Assembly (NCBI GenBank): GCA_035641035.1 | Contig: DASQVA010000033.1 | Coordinates: 737 to 64,736, forward strand | Source: Rubrobacter sp. | GTDB lineage: Bacteria; Actinomycetota; Rubrobacteria; Rubrobacterales; Rubrobacteraceae | Reading direction: 5' to 3' | DNA: 64,000 bases | Part shown: positions 10,112-22,164 of the stretch, piece after piece | Numbering within the stretch: position 1 is the first letter of the stretch | Layout: the number at the start of each line of letters is the position of its first letter | Notes under the pieces: model-generated | What the model saw: only the letters and a program-made list of their open reading frames with translations | Database searches by the model: none | What the model was told of the DNA's origin: nothing | Position numbers and translations under genes: made by a program

Positions 10112-10676
10112 CGCCGCCTCCTGTGGCTATCGACTCCATTATCTCGATCATGTCCTTGCGGGCTCGCTCCCTGTCGCCGTTGACGACCTCGTAGTCGAAC
10201 TCGTCGCGGGCCGCGATTTCCTCCACGGCGGTCGCCAGCCGGGTCTCCCTGGCCTCCTCAGTCTCCGTGGCCCGCCCCGTAAGCCTCCGGCGCGTCTCGT
10301 ATAGCGAAGGAGCCCTGACGAAAACCATACGGGCGTCGGGGCGCTTCCTGCGGACCTGTCGCGCACCCTGCAATTCTATCTCCAGGATGACGGAGCGTCC
10401 GTCGTCGAGAAACTCCTCGACCTTCTGCTCAGGAGTCCCGTAGAGGTTGCCCGAGTACTCCGCCCACTCGAGGAAGCGGTCCTCATCGATCCAGCGCTCG
10501 AACTCCTCGCGTGTGAGGAAGACATAGTCCCGGCCGTCGACCTCGCCCGGGCGAGGATCGCGAGTGGTGGCGGAAACCGAATAGGCGAGCCGGGGGACCG
10601 CGTCGAGCGCTGTCCTAATGAGCGTCGACTTGCCGGCTCCGGAAGGCCCGGAGACGACGATCAGCCTTCCTCGCAC
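10095..10676 (-). CDS. gmk: Guanylate kinase
   Basis: 'SGPSGAGKST', 'SVSATTRDPRPGEVDGRDY', 'YGT'. Confidence 0.97.
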   Translation of the reverse strand: MRGRLIVVSGPSGAGKSTLIRTALDAVPRLAYSVSATTRDPRPGEVDGRDYVFLTREEFERWIDEDRFLEWAEYSGNLYGTPEQKVEEFLDDGRSVILEIELQGARQVRRKRPDARMVFVRAPSLYETRRRLTGRATETEEARETRLATAVEEIAARDEFDYEVVNGDRERARKDMIEIMESIATGGGDAARP

Positions 10677-10984
10677 CCTAGAGCCCTGATCAGACGATCC
10701 CTCTGCCCGTGCGTGAGCCCGACGAGAGTTTTGGAGCGGCTGACACCCGCCTCCCTCATGACGCGCGTAACCTTTATGCGCCCCATGCCCTTGACGGCCA
10801 GGAGCATCTCCTCGGCCTTGGCACCCTTGAGCTCCTCGGAAGGGTCCATGAGCAACTCGTAGATCCCGAGTCGCCCACTCTTCAGTTCCCGCTTCGTGGC
10901 GGCCCTGGCGAAACGTACCCTATTGGCCTCCTCGAGCGCGTTCCGCCGTTGGTCCGCCGTTCGTTCTGGTGCCCTCCGCAACAT
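10661..10984 (-). CDS. mihF: Actinobacterial integration host factor (mIHF/sIHF)
   Basis: 'QRRNALEEANRVR...RELKSG', H2TH-like 'KGMGRIK'; immediately upstream of gmk; start ATG 10984 or TTG 10987. Confidence 0.85.
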   Translation of the reverse strand: MLRRAPERTADQRRNALEEANRVRFARAATKRELKSGRLGIYELLMDPSEELKGAKAEEMLLAVKGMGRIKVTRVMREAGVSRSKTLVGLTHGQRDRLIRALGCEEG

Positions 10985-10993
10985 CAACGCGCT

Positions 10994-11002
10994 AGTATAC
11001 CA
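10994..11002 (-). promoter_or_regulatory. Extended -10 (TG-G-TATACT) of a leaderless or near-leaderless mihF promoter
   Basis: TATACT lies 6 nt before TTG 10987; no SD. Confidence 0.6.
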
Positions 11003-11082
11003 TCGGTGATTGCGGCCCGTCACCGGGACGAGGCGATGTTTCTACGGGGTAAAACAGACGAACCTTTTCAGGAGCTACTGAG

Positions 11083-11127
11083 TAGGCCGGGACCGCAAGA
11101 GCTTCCCGTTCCCGGGGTCCCGGCCTA
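11083..11127. terminator. Hairpin, probable terminator of the Gln-rich gene
   Basis: Perfect 12-bp inverted repeat TAGGCCGGGACC / GGTCCCGGCCTA about 30 nt after the stop at 11159. Confidence 0.55.
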
Positions 11128-11158
11128 GCCGACTCGTCTTCAGCGCCCGCCTCGCTCT

Positions 11159-11719
11159 CTAAGACCCCATCCTTATCCTGCGATCGAGCTGTTCAAGGAT
11201 GGTGCCTCGATTCTTGGTGCGCTCCTCGTAGTCGCGCACCACCCGCAGATCCTCAACCGAGAGGTGACCAACGCGTCCGGAAATCTCCTCCACGGTCAGC
11301 TCGTCGTAGCCCTCGATGGGGAACCGGGCGGACTTCAAGCCCTCTTGGGCATAGGAGAGGGGGATGTTCAACAGCCGCGAGTAGCTGCCCCGCACCTGCT
11401 GGGTCATCTGCTGGAAGGCCTGCTGCTGTTGCTGAGCTTGCTGCTGGAAGGTTTGCTGCTGCTGCTGGGCCTGCTCCATCCACTGCTGGGAGGTCTGCTG
11501 GAGGGCTCGCTGCTGCTGCTCGGCCTGGCCCGAGAGGTAGGAGCTAGGGGTGTTAAGCAGCTGCATGTAGGTGTTCATCAGCTCCTGGGTCATTTGCTGG
11601 GAGGTCTGCTGCTGCTTATGGATCTGCTGGGCCAGGTTGTGCATCATGCCAAGCCACTACTGTGCCTGCGCGCCGTCTGGCGTTCTGGTCGCGTGACGCA
11701 TCCTCTGCATATCGGTCAT
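11159..11719 (-). pseudogene. Gln-rich hydrophilic protein with C-terminal 'PIEGYDELTVEEI...DYEERTKNR' domain; in-frame TAG at 11657-11659 (a product from ATG 11647 is still possible)
   Basis: SD GAAGG then ATG 11719, 20 codons, TAG, then the frame continues WLG-MMHN into the 162-aa track ORF. Confidence 0.6.
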
Positions 11720-11765
11720 GAGGCACCTTCGTATTAGGAAATTCAAACCCTCGTTCAGTTTAAAA

Positions 11766-11791
11766 GTACCCCGCCAATATCAGTGACAAAC
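11766..11791 (-). promoter_or_regulatory. SigB/SigF-type general stress promoter
   Basis: GTTT-N16-GGGTAC on the minus strand, 46 nt upstream of ATG 11719. Confidence 0.55.
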
Positions 11792-11927
11792 GTCCTCCTA
11801 GAGAACCGGGTGAAAAGCCTGCGCGCGTCCCGAGAGCCCTGAACGTCAGGCCGAGAAGAATCTTGGCAAGCGTGCGCCTCGGGAGCTACGAGCCCGGGAA
11901 GGAACTTCGCGCCCGATGCGGGGGCTT

Positions 11928-12812
11928 CTACCGCAGGCCGCCCGTGAGTTCGGCGGCGGCGAGTCCAGCGTTTCGCAAGCAGGTAACGAACTCCTCCAGG
12001 ATCTCCCTGGGTTCGCGGACGAAGCCGCCCGACCCCACCTGCACCGCCGCCGCCCCCGCGAGCATGAACTCGGCGACATCAGTGCCGCTGGTGACGCCGC
12101 CGCACCCGATCACGGGCACGCCGACCATCCTGGCTACCTCGTAAACCGCCCGCAGGGCTATGGGCTTGATCGCCGGACCGGAGAGACCGCCCCGAACAAG
12201 CACCTGTCGCCCCGCCGCGTCGACGGTCAGGGCCGGCACCGTATTGATAAGCGTGAGCCCGTCCGCACCGGCGTCCTCGGCCGCCAAAGCGTTGCCCACG
12301 ACCCCCTCGTTGGTCAGCTTGACCAACAGCGGCTTGCCGGGCAGGGCGGCGCGACAGGCCGCGACCACCTCCCCTACCACGGCGGGACCGGAGCAGAAGG
12401 TGAGCCCACCGTGCTCCACGTTCGGGCACGAGAGGTTCAGCTCCACCGCCGTCGCCCTGCCGTCGGCGAAGAGACGCTCGCACAGTCGCACAAACTGGAC
12501 CACCGTCTCGCCGGCCAAGGAGGCGAAGATGGGCAGGCCGACGTCGTACTCATCGAGGTCGGCAAGAAAGCGGTCGATGCCGGGGTTCTGAAGCCCTATC
12601 GAGTTGACCATCCCGGCGGCGGTCTCCGCGATCCTTGGCGGCGGGTTTCCGGCTCGCGGCTCCAGGGTAACCGTCTTCGGAACGATAGCCCCGTAGACGT
12701 CTTCCATCCCGCAGAGGACCTCCGCTGCGAGCGTCCCGGCAGCGGGGAGGAGCGGCGTCTGCAGCGGTAGCCCGCAGAGCTCTACGCCGAGGCTTGTGGC
12801 GCGGGCTACCAC
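11928..12812 (-). CDS. pyrD: Dihydroorotate dehydrogenase, family 1B catalytic subunit
   Basis: 'GNPPPRIAE', 'NSIGLQNPG', 'ELNLSCPN', 'GGLSGPAIKP'; GTG start overlapping the pyrK stop. Confidence 0.95.
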   Translation of the reverse strand: MVARATSLGVELCGLPLQTPLLPAAGTLAAEVLCGMEDVYGAIVPKTVTLEPRAGNPPPRIAETAAGMVNSIGLQNPGIDRFLADLDEYDVGLPIFASLAGETVVQFVRLCERLFADGRATAVELNLSCPNVEHGGLTFCSGPAVVGEVVAACRAALPGKPLLVKLTNEGVVGNALAAEDAGADGLTLINTVPALTVDAAGRQVLVRGGLSGPAIKPIALRAVYEVARMVGVPVIGCGGVTSGTDVAEFMLAGAAAVQVGSGGFVREPREILEEFVTCLRNAGLAAAELTGGLR

Positions 12813-13558
12813 GCGAGCGCCTCCGCCGGGAAGACCGGGCCATCGATGCAGGCGCGGGCGTAATACGCACCGTCGTATCCTAGCACCGGGACCGCGCACC
12901 CGTAACAGGAGCCGTTGGCGCAGGCCATCGTCTCGCGCAGCGCAAGCTGGGCCGCCACGCGGCCTTCAGAGACCTTCTTCGTGGTCGCGAGCGTCTCCTC
13001 GGGGCCGCTGGCGTAGACTGTGGAGTAGCGCGCGAGGTCTCCTATCTCGTCGAAGAGCCTCCACGGGGCGCCGGCTGTGTCTCCAGTGTGGACGAAGCGC
13101 GCGCCGGGATAGCCCTGGGCGAGCCAGACCGCGTAGTCGTTTGGGGCGTTCCGTGGGACCTCGATGTACGTGTCGTGGGGCACGCCCGTATGCTCCAGGC
13201 GCCGCGAGAGGAGCTTTAGCGGTGCCGCCCAAACGCCCCCGCCGACCAGGGCGACCGGGCCGCCCTGGACCTCGAACCCGCGACCCCGCGGTGAGCTTAC
13301 GAGTAGTTCCTCAGCGACTTCTGAGAGCAGAAGCGTGCCCCTGCCGCGGACCTCAAAGAGCAGGCTCGTAGTACCGTTCTCGTGGTCGTGGGCGAAGAAC
13401 GGGCGGGCGAGAAATGGGTCGAGGGCGTGCGAGGTCGCGGCGGAGCGCGCCAGTACGAACTGGCCTGGTTCGGGCGGGGGGCCTGTCCAACGATAGCGGA
13501 TTAGGGCGTGGTCGCCGAACCTCTCGCGGTGAAGGACTCTGACGCGATGGAGCTTCAC
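12806..13558 (-). CDS. pyrK: Dihydroorotate dehydrogenase electron-transfer subunit
   Basis: 'PGQF', 'RPF', '[11 protein letters not shown]...CIDGPVF' 2Fe-2S motif; true start GTG 13558. Confidence 0.9.
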   Translation of the reverse strand: MKLHRVRVLHRERFGDHALIRYRWTGPPPEPGQFVLARSAATSHALDPFLARPFFAHDHENGTTSLLFEVRGRGTLLLSEVAEELLVSSPRGRGFEVQGGPVALVGGGVWAAPLKLLSRRLEHTGVPHDTYIEVPRNAPNDYAVWLAQGYPGARFVHTGDTAGAPWRLFDEIGDLARYSTVYASGPEETLATTKKVSEGRVAAQLALRETMACANGSCYGCAVPVLGYDGAYYARACIDGPVFPAEALAW

Positions 13559-16500
13559 GCCCGGGCTGCGAAGAGGCCCTGGAGGGAATTTACACGCCGG
13601 GTCCCGCCTCGTATGGTGGCCTCTATGCCCTGAACAGCGGCGGCAGCCCCGGCGAGGGTCGTTATGCACGGCGTCCCGTGCATGAGCGCTTTGCGGCGGA
13701 TCAGATAGCCGTCCGTGCGGGCCCCGCGGCCCCAGGGGGTGTTCACGATCAGGTCCACCCCGCCCGCCTCGATGAGGCCAAGGACGTCCTCGCCTAGCTC
13801 CCCGATCTTGGGCACGACCATCACCGGGAGTCCGTTGTTCTTGAGCACCTCCGCGGTACCCTCGCTCCCGGAGATCTCGAACCCGAGGTCCGCGAAGGCC
13901 CGCGCTATGAGCACGACGGCCCGCTTGTCGCGATTGGAGACAGAGACGTACACCCGCCCCGACACCGGCAGCTTTTGCCCGGCCGCGGTGAGCGCCTTGG
14001 CGAAGGCGCCCCCGAATGTGCGGTCTATACCCATAGCCTCGCCCGTCGAACGCATCTCGGGACCTAGCAACGGGTCCACGTCGGCAAACCTGTCGAATGG
14101 GAAGACAGGCGCCTTTACCGAGAAGTGACCGTTCACGGAGGCCTGCAGCCGCATGTCCCTGAGTTTCTCGCCGAGGAGCACCCGGGTCGCCACCTTCGCC
14201 AGGGGCACCCCGGTGGCCTTGGATATAAAAGGCACGGTGCGCGAGGCGCGCGGGTTGCACTCGATAACGAGCACGTCGTCGCCGCGCACCACGAACTGTA
14301 CGTTCATGAGGCCGACCACGCCGATGGAAAGCGCGAGCCTGCGGGTGTAGGCTTCGATCCTCTCCAGCAGCGCCCGGTGGATCGTGATCGGGGGCACCAC
14401 GCAAGAGGAGTCCCCGGAGTGCACCCCGGCCTCCTCGACGTGCTCCATAATCCCACCGACGTAGACGTCCTCGCCATCCGATACGGCGTCCACATCGACC
14501 TCGACGTAGTCTTCCATAAACTCGTCTATGAGGGTCGGGTGCCCGGGGCTCGTCTCCCCGCTGGTACTGAGGTAGAGGTCGAGATCTTCGTCGTTGTACA
14601 CGATTTCCATCCTGCGCCCGCCGAGCACGTAGGACGGTCTGACGACGACCGGGTAGCCGAGATCGTGGGCGACTGCACGGGCCTCCTCGGCGGTCGAGGC
14701 GGCGCCGAAGCGAGGGTGCGGGATGCCGAGTTCGCCCAAGAGCCGCCCGAAGCGGGAGCGGTCTTCGGCGAAGTCTATGGCGTCCGGGGAGGATCCGAGG
14801 ATGCGTACGCCGGCCAGCTCCAGTTCGCGCGCGAGCTTGAGCGGGCTCTGGCCGCCGAACTGCAGGATCACGCCCTCCGGGTCCTCGCGGCAGATCACTT
14901 CGAGCACGTGTTCGGCGGTTAGCGGCTCGAAGTACAGGCGCGTTGAGGTATCGTAGTCGGTGGAGACGGTCTCAGGGTTGGAGTTGACCATCACCGCGTC
15001 GTAGCCGCTCTCGGTGAGCGCGTAGCTCGCGTGTACGCAGGCGTAGTCGAACTCTATGCCTTGCCCGATGCGGTTGGGACCACTGCCGAGCACCACGACC
15101 GAAGGGTTCTCCCCCCGTCGAACCTCGTCCTCCTCCTCGTAGGTCGAGTAATAGTATGGGGTGCGGGCCGGGAACTCCCCCGCGCAGGTGTCCACGGACT
15201 TGTAGCTCGGCGAGACGCCCAGCGCCCGCCTCACGCCCCGCACCACCTCCGTCGAGGTACCGGAGGCGGAGGCTATGGTCTCGTCGGTGAGCCCGAGCCT
15301 CTTGAGCCCGCGCAGCTCCTCGGCGCCGAGCGTCCGCGACACGGAGCCTTCGCCGGCCACGATCCTGGCGATGGACGCTATAAAGAACGGGTCTATCGCG
15401 GTCCGGCGGAAGATCTCTGGTATGTCCATACCGGCGTGCAGGGCGTCGAAGATCGCGAAGATGCGGTGAGGGCTCGGCTCGTCGAGGCCGGCCTGCACAT
15501 CCTGGGCGTCCACCTCGAGCGAGGCCATCGCCTTCATCAGGCTCTCCGTGAACGTGCGGCCAATCGCCATGACCTCCCCGACAGAGTGCATCTTGGTGGT
15601 GAGCCGCGGAGTGGCGACCGGGAACTTTTCGAAAGCGAAGCGGGGTATCTTGGTCACCACGTAGTCGAGGGCGGGCTCGAATGAGGCTGGCGTGGCTTCC
15701 GTTATGTCGTTGGGGATCTCGTCCAGCGAATACCCGACCGCCAGCTTGGCGGCTATCTTCGCGATCGGGAACCCCGTAGCCTTGCTCGCCAGCGCGCTCG
15801 ACCGGCTCACCCGCGGGTTCATCTCGATCACGTAGAACTCGTCGCTCTCCGGGTCCACCGCAAACTGGATGTTCGACCCCCCCGTCGACACGCCGATCTC
15901 CCGTATTATGCGTAAAGCCGCGGTGCGCAAGGCCTGGTACTGGCGGTCCGAGAGGGTTTGGGCGGGGGCGACGGTTATAGAGTCACCAGTGTGGACGCCC
16001 ATGGGGTCTACGTTCTCGATGGAGCAGACCACGACGACGTTGTCTGCGAGGTCGCGCATGACCTCAAGCTCGAACTCCTTCCAGCCGGCGACGCTCGTCT
16101 CGACGAGGACGCTGCCTACGGGGCTGGCGTCGAGGCCGTCCGTGACGGCCCGGCGGAGCTCGCGGTGGTCCGTAGCCGCCGAGCCCCCCTTGCCGCCCAG
16201 GGTGAAGCTCGGGCGAATTATGAGGGGGAAGCCGATGGCGTCTGCTAGATTCTCGGCGTCGGCGAGGTCGCGCACGGTGCGGCTCGCAGGAACCTTGAGG
16301 CCGATGCGGTCCATCGCCTCGTGGAAGAGTTGGCGGTCTTCGGCCTTCTGGATGGAGGAGATGGAGGCGCCGAGGAGTTCCACTCCGAGCTCATCGAGGA
16401 CCCCGGCCTCGTGCAGCTCGACGGCGAGGTTCAGGGCGGTCTGGCCTCCGAGGGTCGGGAGGACGGCGTCGGGCCGTTCGAGGCGCAGGATCTCGGCCAG

Positions 16501-16719
16501 CGTCTCCACGGTGAGGGGCTCGATGTAGGTGGCGTCGGCGACCTCGGGATCGGTCATTATTGTGGCCGGGTTCGAGTTCGCGAGGACAACGCGGTAGCCC
16601 TCGTCGCGCAGGGCGTGGCAAGCCTGGGTGCCCGCGTAGTCGAACTCGGCGGCCTGCCCGATCACTATAGGTCCGGAGCCGATGATCAGGACGCTAGAGA
16701 TGTCGTCGCGTCGCGGCAA
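13555..16719 (-). CDS. carB: Carbamoyl-phosphate synthase large subunit
   Basis: '[18 protein letters not shown]', duplicated ATP-grasp domains, C-terminal MGS domain. Confidence 0.98.
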   Translation of the reverse strand: MPRRDDISSVLIIGSGPIVIGQAAEFDYAGTQACHALRDEGYRVVLANSNPATIMTDPEVADATYIEPLTVETLAEILRLERPDAVLPTLGGQTALNLAVELHEAGVLDELGVELLGASISSIQKAEDRQLFHEAMDRIGLKVPASRTVRDLADAENLADAIGFPLIIRPSFTLGGKGGSAATDHRELRRAVTDGLDASPVGSVLVETSVAGWKEFELEVMRDLADNVVVVCSIENVDPMGVHTGDSITVAPAQTLSDRQYQALRTAALRIIREIGVSTGGSNIQFAVDPESDEFYVIEMNPRVSRSSALASKATGFPIAKIAAKLAVGYSLDEIPNDITEATPASFEPALDYVVTKIPRFAFEKFPVATPRLTTKMHSVGEVMAIGRTFTESLMKAMASLEVDAQDVQAGLDEPSPHRIFAIFDALHAGMDIPEIFRRTAIDPFFIASIARIVAGEGSVSRTLGAEELRGLKRLGLTDETIASASGTSTEVVRGVRRALGVSPSYKSVDTCAGEFPARTPYYYSTYEEEDEVRRGENPSVVVLGSGPNRIGQGIEFDYACVHASYALTESGYDAVMVNSNPETVSTDYDTSTRLYFEPLTAEHVLEVICREDPEGVILQFGGQSPLKLARELELAGVRILGSSPDAIDFAEDRSRFGRLLGELGIPHPRFGAASTAEEARAVAHDLGYPVVVRPSYVLGGRRMEIVYNDEDLDLYLSTSGETSPGHPTLIDEFMEDYVEVDVDAVSDGEDVYVGGIMEHVEEAGVHSGDSSCVVPPITIHRALLERIEAYTRRLALSIGVVGLMNVQFVVRGDDVLVIECNPRASRTVPFISKATGVPLAKVATRVLLGEKLRDMRLQASVNGHFSVKAPVFPFDRFADVDPLLGPEMRSTGEAMGIDRTFGGAFAKALTAAGQKLPVSGRVYVSVSNRDKRAVVLIARAFADLGFEISGSEGTAEVLKNNGLPVMVVPKIGELGEDVLGLIEAGGVDLIVNTPWGRGARTDGYLIRRKALMHGTPCITTLAGAAAAVQGIEATIRGGTRRVNSLQGLFAARA

Positions 16720-16722
16720 GGG

Positions 16723-17880
16723 TTAGCGGACCGGCGCCTTCTGCGAGACGAAGCCCACAAATTCGTCGAAGAGGTACCCCGAGTCCCTGGGACCCGGGCT
16801 CGACTCGGGATGATATTGCACGCTCCAGGCCGCAAGCTCCGGGCTCGCAAGGCCCTCGACGCTGCCGTCATACAGGTTGCGATGCGTGAGTTCGACGCCG
16901 CCGGGCACCGACTCCTCGCGCACGGCGAAACCGTGGTTCTGGCTGGTTATCTCAATGCGGCCTGTCTTGAGGTTCCTCACTGGGTGATTCACGCCGTGGT
17001 GGCCGAAGGGCATCTTGTACGTCTCGCAGTCCAGCGCGAGACCGAGCAGCTGGTGCCCGAGGCAGATGCCGAAGGTAGGGATCTCCCCGAGCAGCGAACG
17101 CAGAGTGCTCACCGCCTCTTCGAGTGCTGCGGGATCGCCCGGACCGTTCGAGAGAAAGAGGCCGTCCGTACCGGCATCGAGTATCTGTTTCGCACTTGTG
17201 GAGCCGGGCATCGCGAGTACCGAGGCGCCGCGGTTGCGGAGCTCTTTGTAAATCGAAGCCTTCACCCCGTAATCTAGGGCGGCGACGCGACAACGCGCCT
17301 CGCCGAAGGCCGGGAGAAGGGTCGGCTCCGTCACCTGCGAGCTCGAGGAGGCGAGGTCTAGGCCGGCCATCAAGGGGTGGGTGTTGGCCCTGGCTTGGAG
17401 TATGGCAGAATCTGATTCTGTGGTCGAGACAACGCCGCGCATCGCGCCCTTGTCCCTGAGGTGCCGGGTGAGGGCACGGGTGTCTATACCCTCCACGCCG
17501 AGGACGCCGCTCTCCTGCAGGTAGGCGCCCAGAGAGCGCTCGCTGGCCCAGTTGCTGTGGTACGCGGTGTACTCGCGCACCAGGACGGCGGCGGCCTGGA
17601 TACCGTGAGACTCGTCTTCGCCTGGTACGATACCGTAGTTCCCGATAAGTGGGTAGGTGAAGAGCAGTATCTGCCCCCGGTAAGACGGGTCCGTGAGGGT
17701 CTCCTGGTAGCCGACCATGCTCGTCGTGAAGACGACCTCGCCCGCCACCTCGCCCTCGCCGGCGAAGCTCCAACCCCCGAAGACCGCCCCGTCCTCAAGG
17801 ACCAGGGTCGTCCGGCTGCGCCCCTGGGCTAATCCGTGGCTTGGTCCTCGGCTGGGGCCCGCTCTACGCTCGTGCTCCAA
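16723..17880 (-). CDS. carA: Carbamoyl-phosphate synthase small subunit
   Basis: '[11 protein letters not shown]', 'SNGPGDP', 'GICLGHQ', 'QYHPE'; TTG 17880 chosen. Confidence 0.96.
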   Translation of the reverse strand: MEHERRAGPSRGPSHGLAQGRSRTTLVLEDGAVFGGWSFAGEGEVAGEVVFTTSMVGYQETLTDPSYRGQILLFTYPLIGNYGIVPGEDESHGIQAAAVLVREYTAYHSNWASERSLGAYLQESGVLGVEGIDTRALTRHLRDKGAMRGVVSTTESDSAILQARANTHPLMAGLDLASSSSQVTEPTLLPAFGEARCRVAALDYGVKASIYKELRNRGASVLAMPGSTSAKQILDAGTDGLFLSNGPGDPAALEEAVSTLRSLLGEIPTFGICLGHQLLGLALDCETYKMPFGHHGVNHPVRNLKTGRIEITSQNHGFAVREESVPGGVELTHRNLYDGSVEGLASPELAAWSVQYHPESSPGPRDSGYLFDEFVGFVSQKAPVR

Positions 17881-19170
17881 ACCTCGCCCCCGTCCTGTCG
17901 TGTACCGGCTCTCCACTAACTATAGTACCCACGACCCTGCCCGTCAGATTGCGTCCCAGGTACGGGGAGTTGGAGGAACGACTGATCAGGGTCTCCCTGC
18001 TCACCATCCACACCTCTGAAAGGTCAACGAGCGCGAGGTGCGCTTGCGACCCGACGGCCAGGCTCCCCCCCTCCCCGACCCACCGGCCCGGAGCAGAGCT
18101 CATCGCCTCGACCAACCGAGACAAGGAGAGCCTACCGCCCAAGACGAGCTCCGTGTAGAGTGCGGCGAAGGCCGTTTCGTGCCCGAGAAAGCCGGGCGCA
18201 GCCTCCTCCATTGGTAGCTCCTTTTCCTCGGAGGCGTGAGGCGCGTGGTCGGTCGCCACGAAGTCCAGGACGCCGCCGCGCAGTCCCTCCTCGACCCCGC
18301 TACGGTCGTCGTCGGGACGGAGCGGCGGGTTTACGCGGTAGAGTCCTTGGAGGGTAGACACGAGGTCTTCGGTCAGGGTGAGATGGTGTGGGGTGGTGTC
18401 AGCGGTGAGGTTCGCCCGGCGCTTGAAGAAACCGACCAGCGCTGCCGACATGGCGGTCGATACGTGGGTGATGTGGACTCTTGCGCCGGTCTCAGCGGCT
18501 AGCACTAGTGCAGTGGCGGTCGACGCGTCCTCGGCGCTCGCCGGGGAGCCCGGGATGCCTGCGAGGGAGCCGGCGAGGCCGTCGTGCACGACGCCGGAGG
18601 CGAGGGTATGGTCCTCGCAATGAAGGATCACCGGTAGCCCCGCCGACCGCGCGTAGAGCATCCCGTTACGCAGAACCCCGGCAGAGGCCGTGCCGAGGCC
18701 GTCGTCGGAGACGCAGAAAGCGCCGGCCTCCTTCAAAAGGCGCATCTCCGTCAGGCGCTCCCCAGCGAGCCCCACGTGTAGGGCGGCGGAGATCCGGGCC
18801 CGCACCCTGGATTCCTGCTCTATGCGGCGCACGAGACCGCCGACGATCACGGGGCGGTCCACGATGGGATCCGTGTTTGGCATCAGCACGACGCCCGTAA
18901 AACCGCCGGCCGCCGCCGCCGCCGAGCCGCTCTCTATGGTCTCCTCGTCCTCTCGGCCAGGCGTGCGCCAGTGCGCGTGGACGTCGACGAAACCGGGGAA
19001 GAGGTGCAGCCCGTCGGCGTCCAGCTCGCGCGTTCCGCGTAGATCCTCGCCGACTTCGGCAATGCGTCCGCAGGAGACACGCACGTCCCTAATACCGTCC
19101 AGGCCCGTGGCGGGGTCGATGATGTGGGCGTGCCGGATCACCAGCCCCGCCGGACCTCCAAAGGTTCCGT

Positions 19171-19174
<4 letters not shown>
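17864..19174 (-). CDS. pyrC: Dihydroorotase
   Basis: '[10 protein letters not shown]', 'MPNT', 'NPPLR', 'ATDHAPH'. Confidence 0.95.
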
Positions 19175-20684
<1,510 letters not shown>

Positions 20685-20704
20685 ATCGGCTATCGAAGAG
20701 CAAG

Positions 20705-21598
20705 CTAGCAGAGGGCGAGGGAGGCGTCAAGCTCCGTCGCGGCCCGCTGCAGATCCGCCGGGATAGGCGCCGTGAACTGCAGGGCCTCCCCGCCGACCGG
20801 ATGCTCGAAGGCGAGGCACTCGGCGTGCAGCCAGAGGCGACGGCCGGAAACTGGTTTCCCGTAGAGCGGGTCGGCGTAGACCGGGTGACCGATGGCCGAG
20901 AGGTGGACCCGAATCTGGTGCGTCCTTCCCGTCGCCAAGCGCACTCGCAGCATCGCGTGACCAGCTGCTTCAGCATGCACCTCGAAGTGCGTGACGGCCG
21001 TTTTGCCCACGCCCGCGGCCATCAACGTCGGGTTGTCCGGGTCCCGGCCGACGGGGGAGTCGATCGTTCCCGTCTGCGGCAGCCCCTCACCCACTACGAC
21101 GGTCCGGTAGGTTCGTGCGACCCTCCGGCCGGCCATCATCTCCACGAGCTTTGAATACGCTGGCTCTCCCTTCGCCAGCACCATGAGCCCCGAGGTGTCC
21201 CGGTCGAGGCGGTGAACGACGCCGGGTCTATCCGCGTCCTCGCCGCCGGCGATGTCCTTGCTGAGGAGCGCGTTCACCAAGGTCCCCGACGGGTTCCCGG
21301 CACCGGGGTGAGTCACGAGCCCGGCGGGCTTGTCCACGACGAGGATGTCTTCGTCCTCGAAGACCACCGGCACCTCGATCTCCTGGGGCGCTAACCCTTC
21401 GTCGGGAAGCCGGGCCTCGACGAGCTCCCCGCGGCGCACCCGGTACGAAGGAGCGGCCTTCGCATCCTCGACGAGCAAGCGACCGTCCCCGATCAGCCGC
21501 TGCACGGCACTCCGGCTAACGTCCAGCCGACGGGCAGCGAGCCGGTCCAGGCGCTCCCCGGCCTCGCCTGCATCCACCTGAAAGCTCCGGACGGGCAC
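20705..21598 (-). CDS. RluA/RluD-family pseudouridine synthase
   Basis: S4 domain, 'VVDKPAGL', 'HRLDRDTSGL', 'TGRTHQIRVH'. Confidence 0.95.
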   Translation of the reverse strand: MPVRSFQVDAGEAGERLDRLAARRLDVSRSAVQRLIGDGRLLVEDAKAAPSYRVRRGELVEARLPDEGLAPQEIEVPVVFEDEDILVVDKPAGLVTHPGAGNPSGTLVNALLSKDIAGGEDADRPGVVHRLDRDTSGLMVLAKGEPAYSKLVEMMAGRRVARTYRTVVVGEGLPQTGTIDSPVGRDPDNPTLMAAGVGKTAVTHFEVHAEAAGHAMLRVRLATGRTHQIRVHLSAIGHPVYADPLYGKPVSGRRLWLHAECLAFEHPVGGEALQFTAPIPADLQRAATELDASLALC

Positions 21599-21603
21599 GC
21601 CGG

Positions 21604-21822
21604 CTACGGTAGTCGACCGGAGAGGATTTCCCGGAGCTCTCCTACGTCCGCGCCGCGGAGGAGCACCACCTTATCCCGGCTAAAAGCCCCCCGCACGACA
21701 GCTACCTGCGAGCGCGGGACCCCGAGCATCTTCGCCAGGAAGCGCTCCACCTTTACATTGACCTTGCGGTTCTCGGGCGGAGCAGCGACCCTAAGCTTGA
21801 GAGTGTCCTGGCCATGATTAGA
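21604..21822 (-). pseudogene. 5'-truncated DUF167 (YggU) gene remnant
   Basis: Manual translation 'HGQDTLKLRVAAPPENRKVN...FLAKMLGVPRSQVAVVRGAFSRDKVV'; N-terminal strand and start codon missing; typical position after yggT. Confidence 0.75.
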
Positions 21823-22164
21823 TCAACCTGTAACAGGCCGTATAAAGTTGGCAATTATAAGTAACAGCAGGGTCCGGGCTATGGAGAGACCAAAGATCGC
21901 GATGATTGGAGAGAGATCTATCCCGAATCCACCGAGCTGCAGCATCGGCACGCGGGCCCTTATAGGCATGAGTATCGGGTTGGCAACTGCCCTCACCGCG
22001 TCGTAGACAGCCTGCATGAAGCTGCTCGACGGGTAGCTTGGAAACCATGAGAACAAGATCGAGGCGATAATGAACCCGAACAATATATAGTAGGTGTAGG
22101 ACACGATCCCTGCGAGCAGCGTGCTGATCTGAAACCCAAACTCTTGGAGGAACGCGACCATCAT
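21823..22164 (-). CDS. YggT/YlmG family membrane protein
   Basis: 'ILFSWFP', 'PILMPIR', 'GIDLSPII'. Confidence 0.9.
   Translation of the reverse strand: MMVAFLQEFGFQISTLLAGIVSYTYYILFGFIIASILFSWFPSYPSSSFMQAVYDAVRAVANPILMPIRARVPMLQLGGFGIDLSPIIAIFGLSIARTLLLLIIANFIRPVTG

Noticed and set aside
11370-11640. CTG/CAG-rich repeats as a possible CRISPR or tandem array
   Set aside because: These are Gln codons of the Q-rich ORF; no repeat-spacer structure and no cas genes.
13559-14404. Long N-terminal extension of pyrK (532-aa track ORF)
   Set aside because: Alternative frame inside carB; PyrK homology starts at GTG 13558.
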